A stretch of DNA of 64,000 bases, taken from an uncultured Clostridia bacterium (lineage in GTDB: Bacteria; Bacillota; Clostridia; Christensenellales; UBA1242). The stretch spans positions 12,793 to 76,792 of the forward strand of contig CAMSQA010000004.1 of the NCBI GenBank assembly GCA_947062475.1, given 5' to 3'. Position numbers and translations under genes: made by a program. Below are positions 44,773-54,640 of this stretch, in pieces (within the stretch, counting starts at the first letter, position 1; each line of letters opens with the position of its first letter). The notes beneath the pieces are model-generated. The model was not told where the DNA came from, searched no databases, and was given only the letters and a program-made list of their open reading frames with translations.

Positions 44773-46542
44773 ATGGAACTAAAAAAAGAAAACGATAGCG
44801 AACTTGAAAAATCAAGACATTCTTTGGCACATATTTTGGCTAAAGCAATTGTCAACCTTTATCCAGAGGCAAAACTTACTATAGGTCCTGCAATTGAGGA
44901 CGGATTTTATTATGACATTGATCTTGATCATTCTATATCTGCAGATGAATATGACAAGATTGAAAAGAAAATGAAAGAGATTATCAATAAAGGTGAAAAT
45001 TTTACAAGAAAAGTCGTTTCAAAAGAGGAAGCTTTAAAACTTTTTGCTGACAATCCATTCAAAACTGAAATAATAAACGAACTTGATGATAATCAAGAAA
45101 TTTCCCTTTATTGGACAGGTGATGACTTTGTTGATCTTTGTCGTGGACCTCATGTTGAAAGTGCAAGACAACTTCAAAATATGGCATATAAAATTCATAG
45201 TGTCAATGGTGCTTATTGGCGTGGAAATGAAAAAAATAAAATGCTACAAAGAGTTTATTGTTATGCTTTCAAAAGCAAAAAAGAACTTTCTGAACATATT
45301 TCTATGCTTGAAGAGGCAAGAAAAAGAGATCATAATAAATTAGGCAGAGAACTTGAACTGTTTACAACTGTTGATTATATCGGTCAAGGTCTTCCAATTT
45401 TACTTCCTAGAGGGGCAAAAGTTATTCAGATTTTACAAAGATTTGTAGAAGATGAAGAGGCTAAAAGGGGATGGCTTTTGACAAAAACTCCTTTTATGGC
45501 AAAAAGTGATTTATACAAAATTTCTGGGCATTGGGATCATTATAAAGAAGGAATGTTTGTTTTAGGTGATGAAAATAAAGACAAGGAAGTTTTTGCTCTT
45601 CGACCTATGACTTGTCCATTTCAATATCAAGCTTATCTTAACAAAAAGAGATCTTATAAAGATCTTCCACTTCGCTATGATGAAACTTCAACGCTTTTCA
45701 GAAATGAGGCAAGTGGAGAAATGCATGGTCTTATTCGTGTTCGTCAGTTTACAATATCTGAAGGTCACCTCATGTGCACACCTAAACAGCTTGAAAATGA
45801 ATTTAAAGCTTGTTTAGAACTTGCAAATTTCATGCTTAAAACACTGGGACTTTATGAAGATGCAACTTATCGTTTTTCACAATGGGATGAAAACAATCGT
45901 GAAAAATATATTGGGACAAAAGAGCAGTGGGATGAGGCTCAACAAGCTATGAAAACAATACTCGATGACCTTAAAGTCGAATATACTGTTGGAGTTGGTG
46001 AAGCTGCATTCTATGGGCCAAAACTTGACATACAAATAAAAAATGTATTTGGAAAAGAAGATACATTAATTACCATTCAAATAGACCAAATGCTTGCTGA
46101 AAAATTTGGAATGGAATATGTTGATAAAGATGGAACAACTAAAAATCCATATATAATTCACAGAACAAGCATTGGTTGTTATGAAAGGACTCTTGCTTAT
46201 CTTATTGAAAAATACGCAGGTGCTTTTCCTCTTTGGCTTGCTCCAGAGCAGGTTAAAGTTCTTTCATTGACAGAACGTAATAACGATTATGCTCATTCAA
46301 TCAAAAACAAACTTGAAAATATAGGCTTTAGAGTTGAAGAAGATTTGAGAAATGAAAAAATAGGATATAAAATCCGTGAAGCAATGTCAATGAAAATACC
46401 TTATTTAATCATAGTTGGAGATGAAGAAGAAAAAACAAATACAATTTCAATTCGTGGTAGAGGTTATGAGAATAAGTCAGGTCTGAATTTGTCAGATTTT
46501 ATCGATAGGCTTCAAAATGAAATAAATACTAGAAAAATATAA
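44773..46542 (+). CDS. thrS: Threonine--tRNA ligase (no N-terminal TGS domain)
   Basis: Editing-domain HxxxH (RHSLAHILAKA) occurs already at residue ~15. Class II motifs are present (FRNEASGEMHGLIRVRQFT, GEAAFYGPKLD). Anticodon-binding C-terminus. RBS aggagg. Confidence 0.95.
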   Translation: MELKKENDSELEKSRHSLAHILAKAIVNLYPEAKLTIGPAIEDGFYYDIDLDHSISADEYDKIEKKMKEIINKGENFTRKVVSKEEALKLFADNPFKTEIINELDDNQEISLYWTGDDFVDLCRGPHVESARQLQNMAYKIHSVNGAYWRGNEKNKMLQRVYCYAFKSKKELSEHISMLEEARKRDHNKLGRELELFTTVDYIGQGLPILLPRGAKVIQILQRFVEDEEAKRGWLLTKTPFMAKSDLYKISGHWDHYKEGMFVLGDENKDKEVFALRPMTCPFQYQAYLNKKRSYKDLPLRYDETSTLFRNEASGEMHGLIRVRQFTISEGHLMCTPKQLENEFKACLELANFMLKTLGLYEDATYRFSQWDENNREKYIGTKEQWDEAQQAMKTILDDLKVEYTVGVGEAAFYGPKLDIQIKNVFGKEDTLITIQIDQMLAEKFGMEYVDKDGTTKNPYIIHRTSIGCYERTLAYLIEKYAGAFPLWLAPEQVKVLSLTERNNDYAHSIKNKLENIGFRVEEDLRNEKIGYKIREAMSMKIPYLIIVGDEEEKTNTISIRGRGYENKSGLNLSDFIDRLQNEINTRKI

Positions 46543-46602
46543 ACATTTTTGTTTGGATAATATTCAATTTTATGATAAACTAAAAATGTTTAAGGAGGAG
46601 AA

Positions 46603-47079
46603 ATGGACGTAACGCAAATTATTTTGATTGTCTTTATTGTTTTATTGTTGATTGCATATCCTATTATGGTATTTTCAAAAAACAAAAAGGAAACTCAACG
46701 TATGCAAGAACAAACAAATTCATTGAAAAGGGGAGACAAAGTTCTTACAACGAGCGGTGTTTATGGCACAATTGTAGACTTGCAGCTTGAAGGAGATAAG
46801 AAAATTATCACCATTGAGACAGGAACAGATAAGAAAAAAGGATATATATCTATCGATGCATATGCTATTTTTCAAATTATTAAAGATGAACCTGTGCAAG
46901 AGCCAACATCAGAAGATGCTACTGCAAGCATAGAAGAGCAAATAAACCCAACTAAGAAAAGTAAATTTTTATCAAAAAAGAATAAAGATGAAGTTGCCGA
47001 TAGTTCAGTTGTGTTGACTGAAAATGTATCTGAAAAGAAAGAAACAGAAAGCAATATTGATAATGCTGATAATAAATAA
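46603..47079 (+). CDS. yajC: Preprotein translocase subunit YajC with extended C-terminal tail
   Basis: Single N-terminal TM helix and LKRGDKVLTTSGVYGTIVDL motif. RBS aaggaggag. Confidence 0.8.
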   Translation: MDVTQIILIVFIVLLLIAYPIMVFSKNKKETQRMQEQTNSLKRGDKVLTTSGVYGTIVDLQLEGDKKIITIETGTDKKKGYISIDAYAIFQIIKDEPVQEPTSEDATASIEEQINPTKKSKFLSKKNKDEVADSSVVLTENVSEKKETESNIDNADNK

Positions 47080-47103
47080 AAAGTTAGTTAGTTAAAAATG
47101 TTG

Positions 47104-47140
47104 AAAGATAACCTGAAATATGGTTATCTTTTTTGTTTTT
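47104..47140 (+). terminator. Rho-independent terminator after yajC
   Basis: aaagataacc-tgaaatat-ggttatcttt hairpin plus a T-run. Confidence 0.75.
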
Positions 47141-47200
47141 TAAACATATTTTAACTTAGAATATTACTTTGAAGTATATTTTTATTAAAAGGAGTCAATT

Positions 47201-47629
47201 ATGAAATTGAAAGCAAAATCAAAAGCTGTGAAAAATACAAATACTCAAGGCAGATCTCATTTGCTTGGACTAATTGCTAAAGGGACGCTTATAGCTTTAT
47301 GTCTGTCACTTGTTCTTGTATTAGTATTTGCGTTTATCCTCAAATTTACAAACATTCCTGACAGTATCATTTTCCCGATTAATCAGGTAATAAAAGGTGT
47401 AAGTATCTTCTTAGGTGTGTTTATAAGTTTGAAAAAATCAAAAGAATTGGGTCTTGTCAGTGGACTTTTAATTGGTTTTATTTACACCTTTCTTGCATTT
47501 TTAGTTTTTTCTATTTTAAGTGGCTCATTCTCATTTGACATCACTTTGCTAACAGACATTGTCTTTGGAGCAATTATTGGTGCTATATGTGGAATTATTT
47601 GCGTAAATATCAAAAAAAGTGCTAATTAA
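47201..47629 (+). CDS. Small polytopic membrane protein (YrzE/TIGR04086-like, tentative)
   Basis: 142 aa, 4 predicted TM helices, RBS aaaggag. The family call rests only on size, topology and position near secDF. Confidence 0.5.
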   Translation: MKLKAKSKAVKNTNTQGRSHLLGLIAKGTLIALCLSLVLVLVFAFILKFTNIPDSIIFPINQVIKGVSIFLGVFISLKKSKELGLVSGLLIGFIYTFLAFLVFSILSGSFSFDITLLTDIVFGAIIGAICGIICVNIKKSAN

Positions 47630-47642
47630 AACATAAAATTAT

Positions 47643-47671
47643 TTGACATTATCCTTTTAATTCTTTATAAT
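47643..47671 (+). promoter_or_regulatory. Consensus sigma-A promoter of secD-secF
   Basis: TTGACA (47643-47648), exactly 17 nt, TATAAT (47666-47671). Confidence 0.6.
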
Positions 47672-47754
47672 ATTTTAGTAATGCAAAAATCAAAATGGTT
47701 TTTGAAATCTTATAATTTTGCTTTCAATTATTATTCGAATTAAAAGGGAATTAA

Positions 47755-49218
47755 ATGTTGAAAAAAAATGCTATTGTAAAATTTGTTTTTCTCACTATTC
47801 TTGCTGTTTTGGGCATACTCTTATGTGTATGTCCTTTTGGCGTTCCATACACTTCAAACCACTATAATGGTTTTATCAATGCAATAAACAAAGGAGTTGA
47901 TTTAGATGGTGGTGTTTCTGCAATTTATAATTGCACTTTACCTGAAGGTAGTGACGGTAATTTGACAGAAGCAATAGACAATTCTTTATCTAAGATTGAA
48001 AATATTTTTGCACAAGAAAGATTTTCTCAACTTTATGTTGAAAGACAGGGTGGAAATAAAGTTTATATTCTTGCTTCTTCTGATGCTTATGAAATGAATA
48101 AAGCTTTTTCATATATGGAAAATGGAAAAAAACTTTCTTTTACTTCAACTCAAATATCTGATACTGTGACAAATCCAAATGTATACCTGACATCAAGTGA
48201 TATTAAGTCTGTAAAAGCAGATTATGATTATGATGCAAGTTCTTATGGAGTAAGGCTTGAACTGACTAAGGAAGGTTCAACTAAGCTTGAAAATTTGAAA
48301 AAGATTGCAGATTCAACAACAAATAAAACTATTTATGTATATTTAGGTGAGTTGGAATCAAAAAATCTATTTTCTGAAATTGAAACAAGCAGCATCAACA
48401 CAAAAAATAATAAAATCTTTTTGACAGCATCAACTAATGGAAATTATACTTCATCAACTGCTGAAGACGTCAGAGAAATTGCTTATTCTATTACTGGTGG
48501 AATAATTGATGTTGATTTAAATCTTATTGAAGTAAGTAGAATTAGCCCTGTTTTTGGTAAAAATACACAGCTTTACATTGGCATTTGTCTTTTGATTGTA
48601 ATAGCTTTGGCTTTTATTTTACTTTGTGTAAGATATGGAGAACTTGGACTCGTTGGAAGCTTAGCACTTATTTTCTATCTTGTTTTATTTGCTTTCTTTA
48701 TGCAATCAATTCCATTTATTACTCTTACTTTATCAGGAGTTGTAGGCTCGGTTGTATCATTCCTTCTTGCAGTTGGCGCAATTATGATCATTTTTGAAAA
48801 GATGAGGGATGAATATAAACTTGGTAAGAAAATTCACCTTTCTTGCAAGGGTGGTTTTAAAAGATCACTTTGGACAATTCTTGACTTGAATGCAATTTTA
48901 ATTCTTGCTTCTATCTTTATTTGGGTTCTTGCTCCATCTTCTTTAAAATGTTTTGCAATAACAATAATTTTAGGATCTTTAATTTCAATCTTTATTTCAC
49001 TTGCTCTTCTTAGATGGTTTGTAAATATTTATCTTGAAATAAATAGTTCAAAACCAAAAAGAATAGGTTTTTATAGAGATAAAAATGTTTTAGAAATAAA
49101 AGATGAAAATGTAGAGATTGTAGGAGAAGTTTCAGAAAATGGAGATACAATAATAGAAGAAAATGCCATTAATAGCGAAGAAAACTTACCAAATCTTGAG
49201 GAGGTAAGCAATGACTAA
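47755..49218 (+). CDS. secD: Protein translocase subunit SecD
   Basis: N-terminal TM helix, GVDLDGGVSAIY, and a C-terminal six-helix bundle with ..IIFEKMRDEYKLGK.. and ILDLNAILILASIF. Confidence 0.82.
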   Translation: MLKKNAIVKFVFLTILAVLGILLCVCPFGVPYTSNHYNGFINAINKGVDLDGGVSAIYNCTLPEGSDGNLTEAIDNSLSKIENIFAQERFSQLYVERQGGNKVYILASSDAYEMNKAFSYMENGKKLSFTSTQISDTVTNPNVYLTSSDIKSVKADYDYDASSYGVRLELTKEGSTKLENLKKIADSTTNKTIYVYLGELESKNLFSEIETSSINTKNNKIFLTASTNGNYTSSTAEDVREIAYSITGGIIDVDLNLIEVSRISPVFGKNTQLYIGICLLIVIALAFILLCVRYGELGLVGSLALIFYLVLFAFFMQSIPFITLTLSGVVGSVVSFLLAVGAIMIIFEKMRDEYKLGKKIHLSCKGGFKRSLWTILDLNAILILASIFIWVLAPSSLKCFAITIILGSLISIFISLALLRWFVNIYLEINSSKPKRIGFYRDKNVLEIKDENVEIVGEVSENGDTIIEENAINSEENLPNLEEVSND

Positions 49219-50263
49219 AAAGAATAAAATGCCTTTTGACCAAAGATTAGAAGGTAAAATTACAAATTCAAATATAAAAATAAGCAAAAATTTTGTTTAT
49301 TATATTATTGCACCTTTAATTGCTTTAATTATTGGAATAATCTTAATTTGCACAGTTGGTTTTAATCTTGGGACAGATTTTACAGGCGGAAGTGCAGTGA
49401 AAATTTATGTCAATAATGAAAGTGCTCTTGAAAACGTGACTGATTATAATCTCAACGAAAAAAATGATTATAAAACTGTTTATGATAAGGTAAAAACTAT
49501 TTTAAACAAAAATGGATTAAAAATTGTTTCATACCGCACATCAACAATGGATATTCCTGAATATAAAATTTTAAATGGTCAAGCTATCGAGGTAATATTT
49601 AAAAATAAGGCAAGCGAGAATGATATTGAAGCTGAAAATGAAAGCATAAGAAATCAACTTATGACTGAATTTAATTATGGTGAATATCAAAATGCTATTT
49701 CAACTGTTGATAAAAAAGTTGGTATTAATGCCTTTAATTATTCAGTTAAGATTCTGGCAGGAATTGCAGTAAGTTTGGCACTTGCAATCATTTATATGCT
49801 TATCAGGAAATATCGAGGTTTGACTTTAATGATGATAATGCAAGTTGCACTTGATATAATCCTTCTTTTAAGTTTGATTTTGATTTGCAGACCTGTCGTA
49901 AATTTAACCATAGGAATCGCATTTATACTTTCTTTTGTAGTTTCTGTGTTAAATTCATTTATATTCTTAGATAAAATTAAGTCAGGAATGAAAACTGGCA
50001 AATTTGAAAATATGACTAATAATGAAATAGCAGATGTTACTATTAAGGAAATATTTGTCAAAAAGAGTTTTGTTTATATCATTTTGACATTAATAATTAT
50101 CCTTTTTGTGGCAATTTCAGTTCAAGCAGTTCGTGAAATATCAATTGCTTTCTTACTTGTATTGATTATTACTTTCTATACTTCAAATTTTATTATGCCT
50201 GCACTTTGGTCTACATTTTATCAAACCAAAAAGAAATCTATAAAAGACAAGAAAAAAGCATAA
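49211..50263 (+). CDS. secF: Protein translocase subunit SecF
   Basis: GTDFTGGSAVKIY motif and a C-terminal six-helix bundle. RBS gaggagg. Overlaps the secD stop. Confidence 0.82.
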   Translation: MTKKNKMPFDQRLEGKITNSNIKISKNFVYYIIAPLIALIIGIILICTVGFNLGTDFTGGSAVKIYVNNESALENVTDYNLNEKNDYKTVYDKVKTILNKNGLKIVSYRTSTMDIPEYKILNGQAIEVIFKNKASENDIEAENESIRNQLMTEFNYGEYQNAISTVDKKVGINAFNYSVKILAGIAVSLALAIIYMLIRKYRGLTLMMIMQVALDIILLLSLILICRPVVNLTIGIAFILSFVVSVLNSFIFLDKIKSGMKTGKFENMTNNEIADVTIKEIFVKKSFVYIILTLIIILFVAISVQAVREISIAFLLVLIITFYTSNFIMPALWSTFYQTKKKSIKDKKKA

Positions 50264-50275
50264 ATGTAATTGATA

Positions 50276-50307
50276 AAAATCATGTCTTAAAACATGATTT
50301 TTATTTT
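50276..50307 (+). terminator. Rho-independent terminator after secF
   Basis: aaaatcatgt-cttaaa-acatgatttt hairpin plus a T-rich tail. Confidence 0.75.
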
Positions 50308-50356
50308 ATTTTATATTATTATTTTTTATAAATTTTATATTAATTTGTTATTTTTC

Positions 50357-50385
50357 TTGACAATTATTTATAAATTTGATATACT
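50357..50385 (+). promoter_or_regulatory. Sigma-A-type promoter of rpsB-tsf
   Basis: TTGACA (50357-50362), 17-nt spacer, TATACT (50380-50385). It predicts a leader of about 170 nt. Confidence 0.55.
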
Positions 50386-50561
50386 TACATAGTCATTGGA
50401 CAATAAGCACCTTATTGCATATTCAGTTGCAGTTGCCTAAAACTTTCATAACCGCAAACTTAGTTTAATTTTGGTTTTGAATAAAAAGAATTTATTTCTG
50501 AGGTCGCAACTTGGAGCTTGAAAGCATAGGGGAAGGACAAAAACAAAAGGAGGAATTAAAT

Positions 50562-51458
50562 ATGTCAGTTATTTCAATGAAACAACTACTTGAAGCTGGT
50601 GTGCATTTCGGTCACCAGACTAGAAAGTGGAATCCAAAAATGAAGAAATTTATCTTCACTGCAAGAAATGATATTCATATCATTAATCTTGAAAAAACTT
50701 CTGAGCAGGTTGACAAAGCATACTCATTTGTAAGAGATGTTGTTGCAAGTGGCAAAAAAGTTCTTTTTGTAGGGACTAAAAAACAAGCTCAAGAAGCTGT
50801 TAAGGAAGAAGCAGAGAGATGTGGAATGTATTTTATCAACACTCGTTGGCTTGGTGGATGCCTTACAAATTTCAAAACTATTAAATCAAGAATAGAAAGA
50901 CTTAATAGATTAAATCAAATGGAAAAGGTTGGAGAATTTGATCTTTTACCTAAAAAAGAAGTTACTCTCTTGAAAACAGAAAGAGATAAACTTGAAAAAA
51001 ACCTTGGAGGAATCAAAGAAATGAGAGAACTTCCAGGTGCAGTTATTGTTGTTGACCCTAACTGCGAACATATTTGTGTAAACGAATGCAAGCTTCTTTC
51101 TATCCCAGTTGTTGGTCTTGTTGATACAAACGGCAATCCAGATGGAATTGACTGCGTTATTCCAGGGAATGACGATGCTATCCGTTCAGTAAAACTTATT
51201 ATTGCTGCACTTGCTGATGCTGTAATTGAAGCTAAAGAAGGGGTTTCAATGCAAAAAGAAGATGTTGAGGAAGAAGAAATTGATCTTGCAAAAGCATTAA
51301 CAGAAATTAGACCAAATATCGAAATTGCTGAAGGTGTTGAAGAAAAACAAAATAAAAAACCAAGCAAGAAGAAACCTACAAAGAAAAAAACTGAAGTGAA
51401 GAAAGAAGTTGAAGTTGAAGTAAAAAACGAAACAAAATCTGAAAGTGAAGGAGAATAA
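50562..51458 (+). CDS. rpsB: 30S ribosomal protein S2 (with Lys/Glu-rich C-terminal extension)
   Basis: [27 protein letters not shown]; RBS aaaggagg. The ORF-track start 50511 is an upstream TTG. Confidence 0.95.
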   Translation: MSVISMKQLLEAGVHFGHQTRKWNPKMKKFIFTARNDIHIINLEKTSEQVDKAYSFVRDVVASGKKVLFVGTKKQAQEAVKEEAERCGMYFINTRWLGGCLTNFKTIKSRIERLNRLNQMEKVGEFDLLPKKEVTLLKTERDKLEKNLGGIKEMRELPGAVIVVDPNCEHICVNECKLLSIPVVGLVDTNGNPDGIDCVIPGNDDAIRSVKLIIAALADAVIEAKEGVSMQKEDVEEEEIDLAKALTEIRPNIEIAEGVEEKQNKKPSKKKPTKKKTEVKKEVEVEVKNETKSESEGE

Positions 51459-51460
51459 GT

Positions 51461-52114
51461 ATGAATTTTACCGCTAAAGACGTAGCTGAACTTAGAGCAA
51501 AAACTAATGCTGGTATGATGGATTGCAAAAAAGCTCTTGTTGAATGTGATGGTGATTTTGAAAAAGCTACTGTGTGGCTTAGAGAAAAAGGAATTGCTGC
51601 TGCAAGTAAAAAACAATCAAGAATAGCTTCTGAAGGAATTGTAACATCTTATATTCATATGGGTGGGAAAATTGGTGTTCTTCTTGAGATTAATTGTGAA
51701 ACAGACTTTGTTGCTAAGACAGATGCTTTCAAAGAAATTGGTCATGATGTTGCTTTACAAATTGCAGCTTCAGCTCCTAAATATGTAAGAATAGAAGAAG
51801 TTCCTGTTGAAGAACTTGACAAAGAAAAAGAAATTCTTAAAAATCAAGCACTCAATGAGGGTAAACCTGCTCAAATTATTGACAAAATGGTTGAAGGAAG
51901 AGTTAAGAAATTTTATCAAGAAGTTTGCTTACTTGAACAATCTTTTGTAAAAGATCCAAGCATGACAATTACCCAATATATCAATGAAAAAATTCTACAA
52001 ATTGGAGAAAAAATTTCAATTAGAAGATTTGCTAGATTTGAGATGGGTGAAGGTTTAGAGAAACGCCAAGATGATCTTGCAAGTGAAGTTGCTAAACAGA
52101 TGAAAGGTGAATAA
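51461..52114 (+). CDS. tsf: Elongation factor Ts
   Basis: [37 protein letters not shown] and the short (about 217 aa) Firmicutes form. Confidence 0.95.
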   Translation: MNFTAKDVAELRAKTNAGMMDCKKALVECDGDFEKATVWLREKGIAAASKKQSRIASEGIVTSYIHMGGKIGVLLEINCETDFVAKTDAFKEIGHDVALQIAASAPKYVRIEEVPVEELDKEKEILKNQALNEGKPAQIIDKMVEGRVKKFYQEVCLLEQSFVKDPSMTITQYINEKILQIGEKISIRRFARFEMGEGLEKRQDDLASEVAKQMKGE

Positions 52115-52158
52115 TTATCATTTAATAATATGTTTAAACAAATTTCTAATTTTAATTT

Positions 52159-52187
52159 AAAAAAGATGTCATTTTGACATCTTTTTT
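52159..52187 (+). terminator. Rho-independent terminator after tsf
   Basis: aaaagatgtc-atttt-gacatctttt hairpin plus a T-run. Confidence 0.8.
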
Positions 52188-52297
52188 GTTGCCTTTTTTC
52201 AGTTTTAAGCATAATTTTAAATATAAAGCCAATTCAATGCTTAATTTATTTGCAAATTTTTTATTTTTATAGTAAAATATCTTTGAGGAGAATTTTT

Positions 52298-52864
52298 ATG
52301 AACGAAATGGTAGAAGATATTATATTATCTTGCAAAGAGGATATTAAAAAAGCAATTGCTCATCAAGTAAATGAATATTTGGTAATTAGAGCAGGTCGAG
52401 CAAACCCTCATATTCTTGATAAAGTTATGATAGATTATTATGGTGTGCCAACTCCAATAAAAAATATGGCAAGTATTTCTGTTCCAGAAGCTCGAATTCT
52501 TGCTATTTCTGTTTGGGATCAAAGTCAGGTTAAAAACATTGTTAAGGCTATCTCAGCTGCAGATCTTGGAGTAAATCCAAATGAAGATGGCAAAACTATA
52601 AGACTCATTTTTCCAATGTTGACTGAAGAACGCCGTAAAGAAATTGTCAAATCAATAAAAAAAATAGCTGAAGAGACAAAAATTGTTGTCAGAAATGCAA
52701 GACGTGATGCAATGGATATGATTAAAGACCTTGAAAAAGAAGGGCAAATATCTGAAGATGAAAAAGCTCGTTATGAAGAAGACATTCAAAAACTTGTAGA
52801 CGAAGGATGTCAAGAAGTTGAAGAAAACAGCAAAGCTAAAGAAAAGGAGATTATGGAAGTATAG
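52298..52864 (+). CDS. frr: Ribosome recycling factor
   Basis: RAGRANPHILDKVMIDYYGVPTPI, VNPNEDGKTIRLIFPMLTEERRKE and RNARRDAMD. RBS gaggag 7 nt before ATG 52298. Confidence 0.93.
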   Translation: MNEMVEDIILSCKEDIKKAIAHQVNEYLVIRAGRANPHILDKVMIDYYGVPTPIKNMASISVPEARILAISVWDQSQVKNIVKAISAADLGVNPNEDGKTIRLIFPMLTEERRKEIVKSIKKIAEETKIVVRNARRDAMDMIKDLEKEGQISEDEKARYEEDIQKLVDEGCQEVEENSKAKEKEIMEV

Positions 52865-52896
52865 TCTTAAATCAATATATACTAAAAGGACTTTTT

Positions 52897-53592
52897 ATGA
52901 CTAAGTTATTCAAAAAATTGCCTAATCATATCGCTATCATAATGGACGGTAATGGAAGATGGGCAACAAGACGTGGTATGCCTAGAAACTATGGCCATAG
53001 AGAGGGCGTTAATGCAATAGAACGGACCATTGATGCCTGTCTTAAATATAATATCAAATATTGCACATTTTTTGCTTTTTCAACTGAAAATTGGAAGAGG
53101 AACAAAGAGGAAATCGATGGTATCTTTGAATTGCTCAGAGAATATATATCTAAAAATGATAATATTTTCTTAGATAAACAGGTGAAATTAAAACATATAG
53201 GTATAATAGAACCTTTTCCAGACGATTTAAAGTCTTGTCTTATGGACATGGAGAAAAAAACTGAAAAATTTGATAAGTTGACAATCACCTTTGCTCTTAA
53301 TTATGGTGGTCGTGATGAGATTGTCAGAGCTGTAAATCAACTTTTGAAAAGCAAAGAAACTGACATTAATGAAAAAAGTTTTTCTTTATGTCTTGATACT
53401 CAAGATTTGCCTGATCCTGATTTTGTCATCAGAACCAGTGGAGAACAAAGAGTTTCAAACTTTATGCTTTATCAAATGGCTTATAGTGAATTTTATTTTC
53501 CAAAAATATGTTGGCCTAGTTTTAATGAAAAACATTTTGTAAAAGCACTTAAAATGTTTGAAAAGAGAAAAAGAAGGTATGGAGGTGTATGA
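52897..53592 (+). CDS. uppS: Isoprenyl transferase (undecaprenyl diphosphate synthase)
   Basis: HIAIIMDGNGRWA, FAFSTENWKR, RTSGEQRVSNFMLYQ and Y(S)EFYF. Confidence 0.93.
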   Translation: MTKLFKKLPNHIAIIMDGNGRWATRRGMPRNYGHREGVNAIERTIDACLKYNIKYCTFFAFSTENWKRNKEEIDGIFELLREYISKNDNIFLDKQVKLKHIGIIEPFPDDLKSCLMDMEKKTEKFDKLTITFALNYGGRDEIVRAVNQLLKSKETDINEKSFSLCLDTQDLPDPDFVIRTSGEQRVSNFMLYQMAYSEFYFPKICWPSFNEKHFVKALKMFEKRKRRYGGV

Positions 53593-54560
53593 TGAAAACG
53601 CGTTTGCTTTCATCAATTGCATTCGTTTTAATAATCGCAGTAGCGTTTATTTTAAAATTTTATGTAAGTAATTATTTTTTTGACGCATTAATTCTTTTTA
53701 TAGGAGTTGTTGCAAGCTTTGAAACATCAAAAATTTTCGCAAAAATGGGAAGATATAACGATAAAAATATGGCTGTTATTTTTCCTTTTATTTTAATGTT
53801 GACAATGATACTTGGTGTAGTTTTTGATGAATCAATTGGGATTATTTATACAATCGTTCTTGCTTTTGCAGTTCTTATTCTAAGCGGCTTTATTACCTTC
53901 TTTATTCAACTTATAAATTTTAAAAGGACAAGTCTTGAAATTAAGACTAGGAAGATAGTAAATTCAAATTTAGCCAAATATTCTTTAATGAAAGCTTTAA
54001 ATACCATGTTAACTTTTATTTATCCAACACTTTTAATAGGTTTTCTCACTTTAATAAACCATTTTGAAGATTTAAGCTTTTCATTTAATCATATTGCAGA
54101 AATGAATGGATGTATTTCTCTATTTGTTCTCATTTTTGCTTTTATTGTGCCTATCTATACTGACACCTTTGCCTATCTCATGGGAGGACTTATAGGTGGA
54201 AAGAAACTTGCACCAAGTATAAGTCCAAAGAAAACAATTGCAGGTGCTATTGGTGGTTTTGTTTGGTGCGTTCTCTTGTCTGTGACTACTTTCTTTATTT
54301 TTAATGCAATTCCTACAATATCAGAATTATTTGCTCTTACAGGCATAAATTCATGGAAAATAGCAATAATTTCAGCTGTTGGGTCAATTTTAGGGCAGAT
54401 TGGAGATTTATTTGAAAGTTATATAAAAAGATTGGCTGGCGTGAAAGATTCAGGAAGAATAATTCCTGGTCATGGTGGAATGCTTGATAGATTTGATTCG
54501 CATGCATTTGTTGCACCAATAATATTTATTTCATTTAGTATTATTTTCGCATTAATATAA
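53589..54560 (+). CDS. cdsA: Phosphatidate cytidylyltransferase
   Basis: C-terminal signature SYIKRLAGVKDSGRIIPGHGGMLDRFDS. Polytopic membrane protein. Start at 53589 or 53592. Confidence 0.88.
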   Translation: MMKTRLLSSIAFVLIIAVAFILKFYVSNYFFDALILFIGVVASFETSKIFAKMGRYNDKNMAVIFPFILMLTMILGVVFDESIGIIYTIVLAFAVLILSGFITFFIQLINFKRTSLEIKTRKIVNSNLAKYSLMKALNTMLTFIYPTLLIGFLTLINHFEDLSFSFNHIAEMNGCISLFVLIFAFIVPIYTDTFAYLMGGLIGGKKLAPSISPKKTIAGAIGGFVWCVLLSVTTFFIFNAIPTISELFALTGINSWKIAIISAVGSILGQIGDLFESYIKRLAGVKDSGRIIPGHGGMLDRFDSHAFVAPIIFISFSIIFALI

Positions 54561-54640
54561 TATATTATTTACAAGAGATGATTTTAGTGATGTGTCTTGC
54601 CACAAATGTGGCTTAAATATCTTTTATTTTGAGAGGCTGA

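Noticed and set aside
50915-51616. 233-aa ORF on the minus strand, antisense to rpsB/tsf
   Set aside because: It lies entirely inside two strongly supported genes. Its Ser/Phe-rich low-complexity translation is typical of the antisense frame of Lys/Glu-rich coding DNA. It has no RBS.
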